The notes: generated by a model from the sequence alone, not told the origin. Shown: positions 1-9,750, counted from the stretch's first letter. The stretch: DNA of 46,817 nucleotides from Sandaracinaceae bacterium (GCA_012514415.1 JAAZAH010000272.1:1-46817); one strand, 5' to 3'. Translations and numbers: made by a program.

Positions 1-220
1 CGTGCCGCTCCATATATTCCTGCGGTCCGCCGAGCCAACCCATCAGAAAAAGCGCGAACCGATGACGAAGCTCCGGCGTAATCCTTCCTTCGGCGTCGGT
101 TTCGTGCAGTGCCGTCAGCTCGGGCTCCTTGGACTCCATCACATCGTAGAACCGCTCGGCGAGAGCGAAGACGACCTCGCGGCCGCCGATCACATCAAAA
201 GGGCTCTCTTCATGCGTCAT
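1..220 (-). CDS. Group II truncated haemoglobin-like globin; N-terminal part only, the gene runs off the left edge
   Basis: My reverse-complement translation from ATG (218-220) gives MTHEESPFDVIGGREVVFALAERFYDVMESKEPELTALHETDAEGRITPELRHRFALFLMGWLGGPQEYMERHG with no stop. The FxxIGG...FY...FL..WLGGP..Y..HG pattern is typical of trHb group II (GlbO/YjbI). It is absent from the ORF track because it is open-ended. Confidence 0.55.
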   Translation of the reverse strand, partial: MTHEESPFDVIGGREVVFALAERFYDVMESKEPELTALHETDAEGRITPELRHRFALFLMGWLGGPQEYMERH

Positions 221-300
221 GTCGTGGCTCAGCCTGGATCGCTGACGCTTGAGTGTAAAGCCGGGCCGGATGAGCCCTTTGATCGCGCCCACTTTCCTCT

Positions 301-1383
301 ATGATCAATGCGATGACCCACACTCTCCGCCAGCTCGCGGGTTCGACCCTCGTTGCCGGGTTTCCAGCACTCGCTGCCCCGCCCGAAATCCTCGCGGACC
401 TCGCTCGATCCGAGCTCGCAGGTGTGATTTTATTCAAGCGCAACATCGGCGAGCCCGAAGAGATCATGCGGCTGAATACGTCCATCATCGAGGCCGCAGA
501 GTCGCCACCCATCATCGCCGTCGACCAAGAAGGGGGGAGGGTGGCGCGTCTCGGTCCGCCCGTCATCACCCTGCCGCCGATGCGCGCGCTCGGCAGGCTC
601 CGCGATCCGAAGTTGACCCGCGCTGTCGGACGCGTTCTCGGCTCCCAGCTCAGGGCGCTCGGGTTCTCCGTCGATTTTGCTCCCGTCCTCGATGTGGACA
701 CCAACCCGGCAAATCCCGTCATCGGTGATCGAGCCTTTTCGCATCTCGCGGAAATCGTAAAGGACCAAGCGCTCGCCTTCTCGGATGGTCTCCTCGAGTC
801 GGGCATTGCCAGTTGCGGCAAGCATTTCCCGGGGCATGGAGATACCGATCTGGACAGCCATCTCGCGCTCCCTGTCCTCAGACATTCGCGAGCACGCCTC
901 GATGCGGTCGAGCTCCTCCCATTTCGCGCCGCGCGGCGCCGCATCCCTTCCATCATGACGGCGCATGTCGTCTTTGAATCGCTTGATCCCGGCGTCCCAG
1001 CAACAATGAGCCGGCGGGTCATCACCGGACTTTTGCGGGAGGAGCTCGGTTACGACGGCTTGATCGTGAGCGACGATCTCGAGATGCGGGCTGTCTCCGA
1101 TCTTTACGGCATCGAGGAGAGCGCGGTCCGCGCGATTCGGGCTGGATGTGATCTCTTGCTTATCTGTTCAAGGTACGACGATCTGATCCTCGCCAAGGAG
1201 CGGCTGATCCGCGAGGGCGAGGCGGATTCCGCGTTTCGTGAGCGGCTCGAAGAGGCGGCGAGGCGAACGCTTGCCTTTCGAAAGCGCTTCGCTCCCTCAA
1301 TCGACGAAGAGGCATTTCTATGCTCGGTCCACGGCGAGGAGGCGGCTGCGCTCGAGGCGCGGCTCCTCGAGGCCAAGATCTAA
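301..1383 (+). CDS. nagZ: Beta-N-acetylhexosaminidase, glycoside hydrolase family 3 (NagZ)
   Basis: 360 aa. Motifs DQEGGRVARL and KHFPGHGDTDLDSH are typical of GH3 NagZ, and the size fits. Confidence 0.85.
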   Translation: MINAMTHTLRQLAGSTLVAGFPALAAPPEILADLARSELAGVILFKRNIGEPEEIMRLNTSIIEAAESPPIIAVDQEGGRVARLGPPVITLPPMRALGRLRDPKLTRAVGRVLGSQLRALGFSVDFAPVLDVDTNPANPVIGDRAFSHLAEIVKDQALAFSDGLLESGIASCGKHFPGHGDTDLDSHLALPVLRHSRARLDAVELLPFRAARRRIPSIMTAHVVFESLDPGVPATMSRRVITGLLREELGYDGLIVSDDLEMRAVSDLYGIEESAVRAIRAGCDLLLICSRYDDLILAKERLIREGEADSAFRERLEEAARRTLAFRKRFAPSIDEEAFLCSVHGEEAAALEARLLEAKI

Positions 1384-1841
1384 TCGAGCGAATGCCTCCT
1401 TGAACCGAGTGAGATCACACCGAAGACGGGCCCCTGGCCACTCGGCGCTCGATCGCCGTTCGATGCAGCGGCATTGACTCATGAAGCCGAGACTCCATAT
1501 TGTAGGCAACAGCTCAAGCCTTTTTCATAGGCAAGCGCATTTCGTCACGGTTCGTGCCCCGACGCTCCACTGAGTGGGGTTTGAGTGCGAATCGGGTGTT
1601 TGCCGCGAAAGGCCCGAACGGGTCTCGCCACGCGCCCGACTCTCCGCATGTCGAAGGCATCGTTTTGGATCGCTCTCTGGACCACGAGGAATGCAGCCCC
1701 GGCCGGGGTTCGGCCAAACTTTCAATCCCCATGCCCACGCCAAGCCGATTTGCTTCTTTGCGAAGCGAGCAATTGCAAGAAACACATCATCTTGCTAGAC
1801 ACGGCGACATTCTCACCTGACGTGGCACCTACATCGCCCTT

Positions 1842-3212
1842 ATGAAGCCATCACCTACGCGTCGCGTTTATGACGCCGACTTCGACGAAGACCGCGGACG
1901 AACAGTCCGGGCGCCGCGACGCTCTCAAATCCCGTCTCCAGCGATCTATCGCAGACCGCTCCCATCGGAATATCTCGATATCGACGCGGTCAAGGCGTTG
2001 CGACGTCTTTCGCGCCAAGGCTATACCGCGTATCTCGTCGGCGGTGGTGTTCGGGATCTGCTCCTTGGGAGGCGCCCTAAGGATTTCGATATCGCAACCG
2101 ATGCCCGGCCACCCGAGGTTCGCCGCATTTTTCGGAACTCGCGCGTCATCGGGCGCCGCTTTCGCCTCGTTCACATTCTCTATCCCGGCGGGAAAATTAT
2201 TGAATGCGCCACCTTCCGGCGCGATCCCGATTCCGGTTTCGAAATCCTTCCGTTTGAGGGTGCCAAGGGGCTCAATAACGTCTCACGCGGCGCGGTGCGG
2301 CTCGCCCCGCTTCGTCTCGAATACGACGATGAAGACGATCTCTTGATCCGACACGACAACCACTTCGGGCTACCGCACGAAGACGCGATTCGCCGCGATT
2401 TCACAATCAACGGACTCTTCTACAACCTCGAGCGGGGTGAGGTGATTGATTACGTCGGCGGGATGCCCGATCTCGAAAGGGGCGTCGTCCGGACGATCGG
2501 CGAACCCGGCGTTCGTTTTCGCGAAGATCCCGTTCGCATCCTTCGCGCGATTAAGTTTTCTGCGCGCCTCGATATGGGCATTGAGCGCAGTGTTTGTAAG
2601 GCGATGATCGAGCATCGCGCCGAGCTCCACAAAGCTGCAAAACCGCGCGTTCTCGAGGAGATCCTCCGCTTGATCCGCGGTGGGGCGGCGCATCGCTCGA
2701 TTTTTTTGGCGCTGGATCTCGGAGTGCTCGAGGAGATTCTCCCAAGCCTCGCGGCGAGTCTCGAATCGAGTCGGGAGCTGGCCGAGCATGTTTTTGGGAT
2801 GCTCACGATCATCGACGATCTTGCGGCTGCCGACGAGCTTCCGAGCGACGCCGTGCTCCTTGCCGCGCTCTTCAGCGGCGCCTATCAACTCGCCCTCGAA
2901 TCGGGGGATCTGAGCGCGGCCGATGCCGTGGCCGAGGCCCTGACCGAAGCGAACGAGCGACTCGTTCTCCCGCGAAGGTTGAGAGATCGGGTTACGACGC
3001 TGCTGTTGATCCAGCGACGGCTCCGGGCCGGAAAGATCGGAAACCTCGTCCATCGTGAGTTCTTCCCGGAGGCGGCGATGCTCTTTCGGATTTCACGCGA
3101 GGCGCGGGGCGAGTCCGTCCCCGACTGGGCGATCGAGCCGCCGAAGCCGAGTCCGAGCGCCGAGGGGGCTCGGCCGAAGCGGCGTCGCCGGCGTCGCCGC
3201 CCGCGCGATTGA
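1842..3212 (+). CDS. pcnB: Poly(A) polymerase I / class II nucleotidyltransferase
   Basis: 456 aa. Motifs YLVGGGVRDLLLGRRPKDFDIATDA, IGRRFRLVHILY and RRDFTINGLFY. The C-terminal tail is Arg-rich (KRRRRRRRPRD). Confidence 0.8.
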   Translation: MKPSPTRRVYDADFDEDRGRTVRAPRRSQIPSPAIYRRPLPSEYLDIDAVKALRRLSRQGYTAYLVGGGVRDLLLGRRPKDFDIATDARPPEVRRIFRNSRVIGRRFRLVHILYPGGKIIECATFRRDPDSGFEILPFEGAKGLNNVSRGAVRLAPLRLEYDDEDDLLIRHDNHFGLPHEDAIRRDFTINGLFYNLERGEVIDYVGGMPDLERGVVRTIGEPGVRFREDPVRILRAIKFSARLDMGIERSVCKAMIEHRAELHKAAKPRVLEEILRLIRGGAAHRSIFLALDLGVLEEILPSLAASLESSRELAEHVFGMLTIIDDLAAADELPSDAVLLAALFSGAYQLALESGDLSAADAVAEALTEANERLVLPRRLRDRVTTLLLIQRRLRAGKIGNLVHREFFPEAAMLFRISREARGESVPDWAIEPPKPSPSAEGARPKRRRRRRRPRD

Positions 3213-3248
3213 GCGTCGAAGCCGTCGGGAAGCGACCGTTTGTATTCC

Positions 3249-4580
3249 TTAAGGCTCGGCCCGAGCTTGTTCGGGGCGCTCGAGGATGAAACGCGCCCGC
3301 CGTGCGACCGGGGGAGGGAGATCTTCATCCGGCCGCTCGAAACCGAGGGAGATGCCGATGAGCCGGATGCGATGCGCGCCCTCAGGAACGATGAAGGGGA
3401 CGAAGGCGCGGTGGTTCGAGCCCCCAGGAGGCGAGACGAAGCGGCGGAGCTCGCGGTTTTCTTCATCGAAGGCGAGGGCGGCGAGTGTGAACTGGAAACC
3501 GAACTCGCCATCGACCCAGCAGTTGAGCGCGTCTCCCTCTTCCAATCCCTCAAGGCGAAATTCCGCGTGAATCGCGCCGCCCGGTGCGACCCCGCGAGGG
3601 CTCGCGCCGGTATGGAATGAGTACATTCGGGGCCTGCCCCGCCGAAATGCATGAGGCGCCGGAATTGAGCGGAGCTCGGGCCGCGCAGCGTACTCACCGG
3701 TGAAGAGACGATCGATGGCGAGACCAACGAGGAGATCGGCGAATCGGTCCTGCTTCGCCTGAGCGATTGCTTCGAGCGCTTCCCAGAAATCCGGAGAGGC
3801 CCGAAGTGAGCTTCCGTCCCACGTGAGCTGCCGCGCGAGCGAAAGCACTTCGGCGGGGATGCGCCCCTCACCACCCCATCGCGCGTCGAGAACTAAAAGG
3901 AAGAGCACGCCGCCTGCGCCCTCGTGGAGCGATTCGGAGAAGGGGCCCTCTTCGGGAGCGAACTGCCACGCGTCGATGGCGTCCTCGCAGCCTGCGATTC
4001 CGAGGGTCTGGTATGTGATGAACGCGGAGAGGGCGCGGCGAATCCGCGGACTCTCCGCCGGATCGAGACCGAGGAGGGCGGCTTGGGCGTAGGCGTCGAC
4101 GACGCACGCGGGGATGAGACGCGGAGGGACATCGTTGCCCACGACACCATACGCCATCGCGGCGTCGAGAGAGGCGAGCGGATCGAGGCCATCGCTGCGC
4201 GCTTCTGCTCCGATGGGCTCGTCGACGAAATAAAGATCGAAGCCCTGAGTGCCGCCTCTTCCCCCATCTGGAATGGGCGGAGAAAACCCAAGTCGAAGGA
4301 GGACCTCGTGAGCGTGATCCAGCGCGCCGAGTACGGCCATGCGATCGCGGATGCGATGGGCTTCGCCGTGGAGGTGAAAGCGATCGTCGGCGGAAGAGGC
4401 GAGGTGTGGGGCTGCGGGGCGCGGGAAGATCACGGGGGCATCGACGATGGGCCCCGCCCAGATCCGATGACTGAACCCCGAAACCCAGCGCCTTAGCGGG
4501 CTGCTTCTCTCCTTTGGCTCGGCGATCGCGGCGGATAGCGCCAATATGACTGCAAAAAAGCTGAGAATAAATAGGCGCAT
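3249..4580 (-). CDS. Secreted hypothetical protein
   Basis: 443 aa with an N-terminal signal-like segment MRLFILSFFAVILALSAAIA. Codon bias is consistent with coding. I recognise no family motif. Confidence 0.6.
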   Translation of the reverse strand: MRLFILSFFAVILALSAAIAEPKERSSPLRRWVSGFSHRIWAGPIVDAPVIFPRPAAPHLASSADDRFHLHGEAHRIRDRMAVLGALDHAHEVLLRLGFSPPIPDGGRGGTQGFDLYFVDEPIGAEARSDGLDPLASLDAAMAYGVVGNDVPPRLIPACVVDAYAQAALLGLDPAESPRIRRALSAFITYQTLGIAGCEDAIDAWQFAPEEGPFSESLHEGAGGVLFLLVLDARWGGEGRIPAEVLSLARQLTWDGSSLRASPDFWEALEAIAQAKQDRFADLLVGLAIDRLFTGEYAARPELRSIPAPHAFRRGRPRMYSFHTGASPRGVAPGGAIHAEFRLEGLEEGDALNCWVDGEFGFQFTLAALAFDEENRELRRFVSPPGGSNHRAFVPFIVPEGAHRIRLIGISLGFERPDEDLPPPVARRARFILERPEQARAEP

Positions 4581-4638
4581 TCCGCAAAGGGGGATAGGAT
4601 CGGATTCGCGCGCCGTGAGGCCTAGATGCGCATAGGAT

Positions 4639-4667
4639 TTGACAGGCGCAAGGCTCGCGCCTTACAC
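4639..4667 (+). promoter_or_regulatory. Candidate sigma70-type promoter with an embedded inverted repeat
   Basis: Perfect TTGACA at 4639-4644, a 17-nt spacer, then a weak -10 TTACAC at 4662-4667. The spacer contains the inverted repeat AGGCGC-N7-GCGCCT (4644-4662). It lies about 25 nt upstream of ATG 4692, which is preceded by GTGGAG. Confidence 0.3.
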
Positions 4668-4691
4668 CCAAGAGACTCGCTTGTGGAGCTC

Positions 4692-5225
4692 ATGATGGCG
4701 CCTACACCTGACCTCTCCGGTACCCTGAAGTTTGAACTCTCTTCGGGCACTATAACACTCGACGCCGAGCAGCGCGTCTTGCTCTTTCCGGCCGAGCTCC
4801 TTGCGCCGCTGTCGGCCACTGAGGCAGGGCTTGCGTCGCTCCGTTCTTTCGGGGTTTCACTCGGGGCGGCGGCGCGATCCATGGGCGCGGCTTCACCCGA
4901 AGAGGCCGTCACTTCCCTATCTGCGCAGCTCGCCCGTGCCGGCTTCGGACGCATCGGCCTCGAGCGCTGGGGGGCGCTCCTCGCGGTTCGCTTCGCTGGT
5001 GCGCCCGATACGCTGACTCAAGAAGCGCAGGTCGCCTTTCTCGAAGGTTTGATGAACGGCATCAGCGAGCGAGAGAGCGCGCTTTACTATGTTGAGGATC
5101 GTTTCCTCGTCCTCGATCCGTCGGTTGCCGCCGCCCTTCGGGAGCGCGGCGCGCGAGGTGAATTCCAGAGGCTTAGCGAAGTGATCGCGGCGCTCGTCCA
5201 GCGGAAGGACGGGAGGATCTCATGA
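4692..5225 (+). CDS. Hypothetical protein (possibly a V4R-like small-molecule-binding fold; weak)
   Basis: The ORF 4626-5225 has an internal ATG at 4692 preceded by GTGGAG, and the candidate promoter lies inside the longer version. I therefore prefer 4692 as the start. The stop overlaps the next start (ATGA at 5222). Confidence 0.55.
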   Translation: MMAPTPDLSGTLKFELSSGTITLDAEQRVLLFPAELLAPLSATEAGLASLRSFGVSLGAAARSMGAASPEEAVTSLSAQLARAGFGRIGLERWGALLAVRFAGAPDTLTQEAQVAFLEGLMNGISERESALYYVEDRFLVLDPSVAAALRERGARGEFQRLSEVIAALVQRKDGRIS

Positions 5226-5773
5226 ACGTAGAGATCGACAAGCAGGTCGAAAAGCTCGAAGCGCTCCTTGGGCGCATTCAGAAGAATCGGGGCCTGCCTC
5301 GCGAGCCGCAGGCCAGGGGCCTCGGCGCGATCGGTGGACTTGGTATCAAGAGTGATGCGCGCCAGGCTGCGGAGTCCGAGCTCGCGCCGTCCGCATCATC
5401 GATCGAAGCGGCCGTTCAAAGCTCCTCCGCAGCAACGGATGTGGCTCCTGCAAGAAAAGCGCAGCCACCGGCTCCTCAACCCGTCGCGCCGCCGGCTTCT
5501 TCTTTGGCTGCCGAGCCCGAGCCGCTCCCGCTGACGGCGCTTTCAAGTCCTCCGCCTCCGGCGGCTGCGCCCGTTGAACAGGCAGGCCCATCGCTCGAGG
5601 CCATGCCCGCACCGGAGAAGCTCGAGGAGCCCTCCATGCCCGAGGCCATCGAAAGTGCGCCGCTTGAGGCGAAGGGGCCGATCGCAATTTCAGAGGGAGC
5701 GTTAGAACCGGCTCGCCCTTCGAGCTTCGAAGCGCTAATAGAGGCCAGCCTCTCATTACGTCTTCGCAGCTAA
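5222..5773 (+). CDS. Hypothetical Pro/Ala-rich protein with a short N-terminal coiled coil
   Basis: 183 aa. N-terminus is MNVEIDKQVEKLEALLGRIQKN, followed by a long P/A/S-rich low-complexity region. It is translationally coupled to the upstream gene. Confidence 0.55.
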   Translation: MNVEIDKQVEKLEALLGRIQKNRGLPREPQARGLGAIGGLGIKSDARQAAESELAPSASSIEAAVQSSSAATDVAPARKAQPPAPQPVAPPASSLAAEPEPLPLTALSSPPPPAAAPVEQAGPSLEAMPAPEKLEEPSMPEAIESAPLEAKGPIAISEGALEPARPSSFEALIEASLSLRLRS

Positions 5774-5785
5774 CCAGGCCGAATC

Positions 5786-6550
5786 ATGCTCTTCGTCGTC
5801 GACGTCGGAAATACTCACACCGTGTTGGGTGTCTACGACGGCACCCGCCTCATCCACGATTTTCGCATCGAGACCTCCAAGGGTCGAACTGCCGACGAGA
5901 CGCAGATCCTCCTGACGAGCCTCCTGCCCATTGCCGGAATCGATCGCCAAGAAGTTCGCGCGAGCATTGTCGCATCGGTCGTGCCCGCACTCACCGATAC
6001 GCTCTGCGAAGCGATCGACCGAACGTTCGATCACGAGCCGCTCATCGTCGGACCCGGCATTAAGACCGGGATGCCGATCCTCTACGAGAATCCGCGAGAG
6101 GTCGGTGCCGATCGCATTGTAAACGCCGTGGCGGCCTACGAACGCGTCCGTGACGCGGTGATCGTGGTCGATTTTGGGACGGCGACGACCTTCGATTGCA
6201 TCTCGGCAAAGGGCGAGTACCTAGGAGGCTCGATCGCGCCGGGGATGGCGATCAGTGCGCATGCGCTCTTTACGAACGCTGCGCGTCTTCCTCGCACCGA
6301 GATCGCCAAGCCACCTCGCGCCATCGGGCGAAATACGATCCACTCGATGCAGAGCGGAATCGTCTATGGCTATGTCGGGCTCATCGAAGGAATGGTCGAT
6401 CGCTTGGCTGCAGAGATGGGCGGAGTGACCTCCGTGATCGCCACCGGTGGTTTTTCGCAGCTCATCGCGGATGAGACGGAGATGATCGATGAAGTTGACG
6501 ATCTTCTCACCCTCGAGGGCCTTCGAATCATCTATGAGCGCAATCGCTGA
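5786..6550 (+). CDS. coaX: Type III pantothenate kinase
   Basis: 254 aa. Motifs MLFVVDVGNTHTVLGVY, VVDFGTATTFD and ATGG are characteristic of CoaX. Confidence 0.9.
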   Translation: MLFVVDVGNTHTVLGVYDGTRLIHDFRIETSKGRTADETQILLTSLLPIAGIDRQEVRASIVASVVPALTDTLCEAIDRTFDHEPLIVGPGIKTGMPILYENPREVGADRIVNAVAAYERVRDAVIVVDFGTATTFDCISAKGEYLGGSIAPGMAISAHALFTNAARLPRTEIAKPPRAIGRNTIHSMQSGIVYGYVGLIEGMVDRLAAEMGGVTSVIATGGFSQLIADETEMIDEVDDLLTLEGLRIIYERNR

Positions 6551-6561
6551 GCGCCCTTTTA

Positions 6562-8466
6562 TCAGGGCCTCCGCACAAAGAGCTGGTAGAAGTATTTTCC
6601 TCGACCGCGTCGCGCTGTGATCTCGAAGCGCAGATCGCGCGTCTGCTCTTGGCAATGGCGGATGGATGGGAACGCGTTTCGCGAGCTATCGCCGGCGATG
6701 CGCTTCTCACCGTCAAAAAGCGTGAGATCTAGATCGCTGATGAACTCGTCGCCGACCGCGACCAGCGCATAACATGCCCCTGCTTCGAGTCGAAGGGGAT
6801 GCGCGATCCGTTCGCCCTCACGGTGAAGTGTGCCGATGGAGGAGTCGAGGAGGAGGCTGGGCTCGTACGCTTCGAGGTCGAGGAGATGGCTCATCTCGGC
6901 GAGACGAAGATAGAGCACCCCCTCGAGTCCGAAGGGGCCTCGCACACCACGAGGCCAAGTGAAGAGGCCAAGTTTCAGCTTTCCGCCGCCCCGCGCGAGC
7001 GTCACGCCGATGCGGATCGTCTCGTCCTTTTCGCTCGGAGTGGGACAAAAGCGAACGGTGGCGCTTTGGGCTCCTTCGAGATCGCGATCGAGGATGCCTC
7101 CGGCGGAATCGCGGGCAGTAAGCACCAGACGCGCAACGCCCGCGTCTCCGGCGACGAGGACCGCATAACAATGCCCGCCCCTTACCCGAAATTCATACTC
7201 GCGGCTTTCGCCTTCATCGAGACGCCCTCCATCTCGAGGATCGCCTCCGTGGTAACCACGCGCGATGAGATCGGCACGCCTCATGGCATAGCTTTCGTCG
7301 AGCCCTGCTCCCTCGCTCGATTGCTGGTCGATGATGTCCGATCGCACGGCGGCGTGTCTGCTCGATCCTTTTGTGCGGGGCACGCCATGCGCTCCGGCTG
7401 AGTGCGCACTGCGCTCTTGTGCGTTCCCATCGCCTCTCCGCGCCCTTTCGGAGGACGAGGCATCCCGTGCGCCGCTCGAGTTGGTGGCCGAACCTTGGGC
7501 GCGTGCGGAGACGCCCGACTCATTCGGTCGCGTCTGCCAACCCGCGATAAAGATCGGCCCCGATCCCTTCAAGAGCCTCGCCCTCAAGATTAGCGGCTCT
7601 TCCTCGATGGGGCAGAGGCGAACGATCGAGTCTCTTCGCCGATCGGGATCGCTCACCACTTCGATCTCGTCGGGTCCTAAGATCGATGCGTGGGTATCTT
7701 CCACACCGCGCCCAGCGAATGTCGCAAAAACATAACAGCGGTCGCCCTTGAGGTTGAGGCGAAAATCCCGGGCTTGGGCCTCCGAGAAACGCACGCCTCG
7801 GGCCTCGCCAATCGAATGAAAGCCGTCCTTTTCGAGCGATTCACCAAGCACTTCAATGCGTCTTCGCGTGGTGGGATCGAGCGCGCTCGCCTCGGCAGGT
7901 GATTCGGCCTTGGCGGGCTCCTTCCAAAATTCCTCGCTGAGCTCGGCGCGATAACTGCTCGGGACGTTGAAGAGGGCGAAGTAAACATTCCCCTTTCCCG
8001 CGCTCACTTGGAAGCGGGCAGTGTGTGGCCCAGGCTCAGGGGGACAGTACCGAACGTTCGGATGGGGACCTTGACGCAGATCGCTTGCGACGACGCGGCC
8101 GCGTGGCGAGAGCAAGCTGAGGTTCAAATCGGCGCCACCCGAGCTGAGCCCAACGAGGAGGACGCAGCGAGACGTGCTGAGTTCGAAGCGATGCGTGAAG
8201 ACCTCGGGCGCACTGAGATCCCGCTTCAAGTAGACCTTGTCGACAAGCGCTCCGCCGCGCGCGCGGACGAAGGGGATGAGCCGCGCGATCTCCGTCTCTG
8301 GATTGAGGATGCGCGGAGAGCCTTCGGATGAAGCGCGTTCATGCGATGTTTCGGGTTGTCTCTGCGCGTGGGCGCCCATGCCGACCGCTTCGAGAGCGAA
8401 GGCGAGGAGCAGCAGGGCGATGGATAGAGAAAGCGATCGCATGAGACTCAAGATGAACGCATCCAC
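6562..8466 (-). CDS. Secreted protein built from four tandem PPC-like beta-sandwich modules, each with a Cys pair
   Basis: 634 aa with a signal-like segment MRSLSLSIALLLLAFALEAVGMGAHA. Four similar modules are visible: FELSTSRCVLLVG...VRYCP, FRLNLKGDRCYVFATF...VRLCP, FRVRGGHCYAVLVAG...VRFCP and LRLEAGACYALVAVG...IRHCQ. Confidence 0.7.
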   Translation of the reverse strand: MDAFILSLMRSLSLSIALLLLAFALEAVGMGAHAQRQPETSHERASSEGSPRILNPETEIARLIPFVRARGGALVDKVYLKRDLSAPEVFTHRFELSTSRCVLLVGLSSGGADLNLSLLSPRGRVVASDLRQGPHPNVRYCPPEPGPHTARFQVSAGKGNVYFALFNVPSSYRAELSEEFWKEPAKAESPAEASALDPTTRRRIEVLGESLEKDGFHSIGEARGVRFSEAQARDFRLNLKGDRCYVFATFAGRGVEDTHASILGPDEIEVVSDPDRRRDSIVRLCPIEEEPLILRARLLKGSGPIFIAGWQTRPNESGVSARAQGSATNSSGARDASSSERARRGDGNAQERSAHSAGAHGVPRTKGSSRHAAVRSDIIDQQSSEGAGLDESYAMRRADLIARGYHGGDPRDGGRLDEGESREYEFRVRGGHCYAVLVAGDAGVARLVLTARDSAGGILDRDLEGAQSATVRFCPTPSEKDETIRIGVTLARGGGKLKLGLFTWPRGVRGPFGLEGVLYLRLAEMSHLLDLEAYEPSLLLDSSIGTLHREGERIAHPLRLEAGACYALVAVGDEFISDLDLTLFDGEKRIAGDSSRNAFPSIRHCQEQTRDLRFEITARRGRGKYFYQLFVRRP

Positions 8467-8604
8467 TGAGGGCGCGATTCATCGAAGTGTAGACGATCGC
8501 TCGGACACCTTCCTCAAGCCCCACCAAGAAGAAACTCAGTCGATCAAAGGGCTGAGGCCTCGCGTAGCGAAGAACGTTTCGCGCTTCGACGGGCTTGGTC
8601 GGGG

Positions 8605-9750
8605 CTACATCGAGCCGAAAAGTAGATAAAGCCCAAGCGCGCTGAGCGCGATCATCGCGCCTGCGAGCATATAGACGAGCGCATCCGAGCCTTGCGCGCC
8701 TTGCGGGGGAAGCTCGTTCACTTGCCGGGGCGCCCACCGCGCCGAGGACGCGTCCGCGGCCGAGGGGCGCAAGACTTCGAGTTCATTTCCCGCGCGAGTG
8801 ACGTTCGCCGGGAGGGCCTCCGAGATTTGCCCGGCATCTTCGGCGGAATCGTTCTCCACCGCTCTTCCTTCGTGCGCGACCTCACGGCTCACTCGATCGC
8901 GAACTTCGCCCTCGACGCCGTCACTTGCCGGAAGCTCGAAGTCCCCCACTTCATCCGGGAGGGCGAGACGCGCTTCAAGCGCCTCTTCGATGGGATCATG
9001 AAAAATGGCCCTCGCATCACCGAACGCGAGCACGGAGCCGCTTCGAAGACGTCTCCGCCGGAACGCTTGCCCATCCAAAGCCAAGCCGTTTCGAAGCGCT
9101 TCGACGCTGTAGCTCCCTCCATCCTCTTGGATCCGTGCGATGGACTCCGCCTCGGCCCCTGGCTCGCCGAACCCGCGCTCCATGGCGGGCTCATCGCTCA
9201 GCGCAAAACGATCGATGCCATCCTCTTTTCGTACAGTGAGGACGAGAGGGAGAGGGTGGTCCATCAGCCGATAACATTCGACGCTCCCGAGAATCTCGAG
9301 CGACGCCGGCTCGAGCCCTTCGCCGTCGACTTCGAGCAGATCGGCGAGGAGGGCCCGCGCAACGATCCCGCATCGCTTTGGATCGGGCGGCTCGGGCAGC
9401 GCGCGGACGAGCTCGACGCGAATGGCGAAAGCGCCGACGTGGATGAGCGCACCGTCACTAAGGCGTTTCGGTCGATGTGGAGGGAGAAGTTGGGTGTCGA
9501 CTCGCGTTCCGTTGGTCGAGTCTTCATCGACAAGGACGTAGGACGTCCCTTCGAGGCGGATGCTTGCGTGGAGCGCGCTCACCGACGCATGGGGGAGACA
9601 AAGATCGGCGGAGGCCGAGCGTCCAATATGGATCCGTGGCTGATCGAAGAGGAGCGAATGGGCCCGCCCAGGGCTCTCGGCGCTAGGGCCTTGAACGATC
9701 AGTCGGATCGCCATGTTGAGCGACCTTATCGATCCTTGGCCAAGGGTCAA
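8605..9750 (-). CDS. FHA domain protein with a C-terminal transmembrane anchor
   Basis: 381 aa. The FHA core is IHIGRSASADLCLPHASVSALHASIRLEGTSYVLVDEDSTNGTRVD. The C-terminal hydrophobic helix is ALVYMLAGAMIALSALGLYLLFG. An alternative start MAIRLIV lies at 9714. Confidence 0.8.
   Translation of the reverse strand: MTLGQGSIRSLNMAIRLIVQGPSAESPGRAHSLLFDQPRIHIGRSASADLCLPHASVSALHASIRLEGTSYVLVDEDSTNGTRVDTQLLPPHRPKRLSDGALIHVGAFAIRVELVRALPEPPDPKRCGIVARALLADLLEVDGEGLEPASLEILGSVECYRLMDHPLPLVLTVRKEDGIDRFALSDEPAMERGFGEPGAEAESIARIQEDGGSYSVEALRNGLALDGQAFRRRRLRSGSVLAFGDARAIFHDPIEEALEARLALPDEVGDFELPASDGVEGEVRDRVSREVAHEGRAVENDSAEDAGQISEALPANVTRAGNELEVLRPSAADASSARWAPRQVNELPPQGAQGSDALVYMLAGAMIALSALGLYLLFGSM

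Noticed and set aside
2-304. 100-aa plus-strand ORF at the left edge
   Set aside because: The opposite strand gives a clean truncated-haemoglobin N-terminus. The plus ORF has no recognisable features and would overlap the nagZ start.
3170-3212. Poly-Arg C-terminal tail of PcnB (KRRRRRRRPRD) encoded by a short GC-rich tandem repeat
   Set aside because: Basic Arg-rich C-termini are a normal RNA-binding feature of bacterial poly(A) polymerases, so this is not anomalous.
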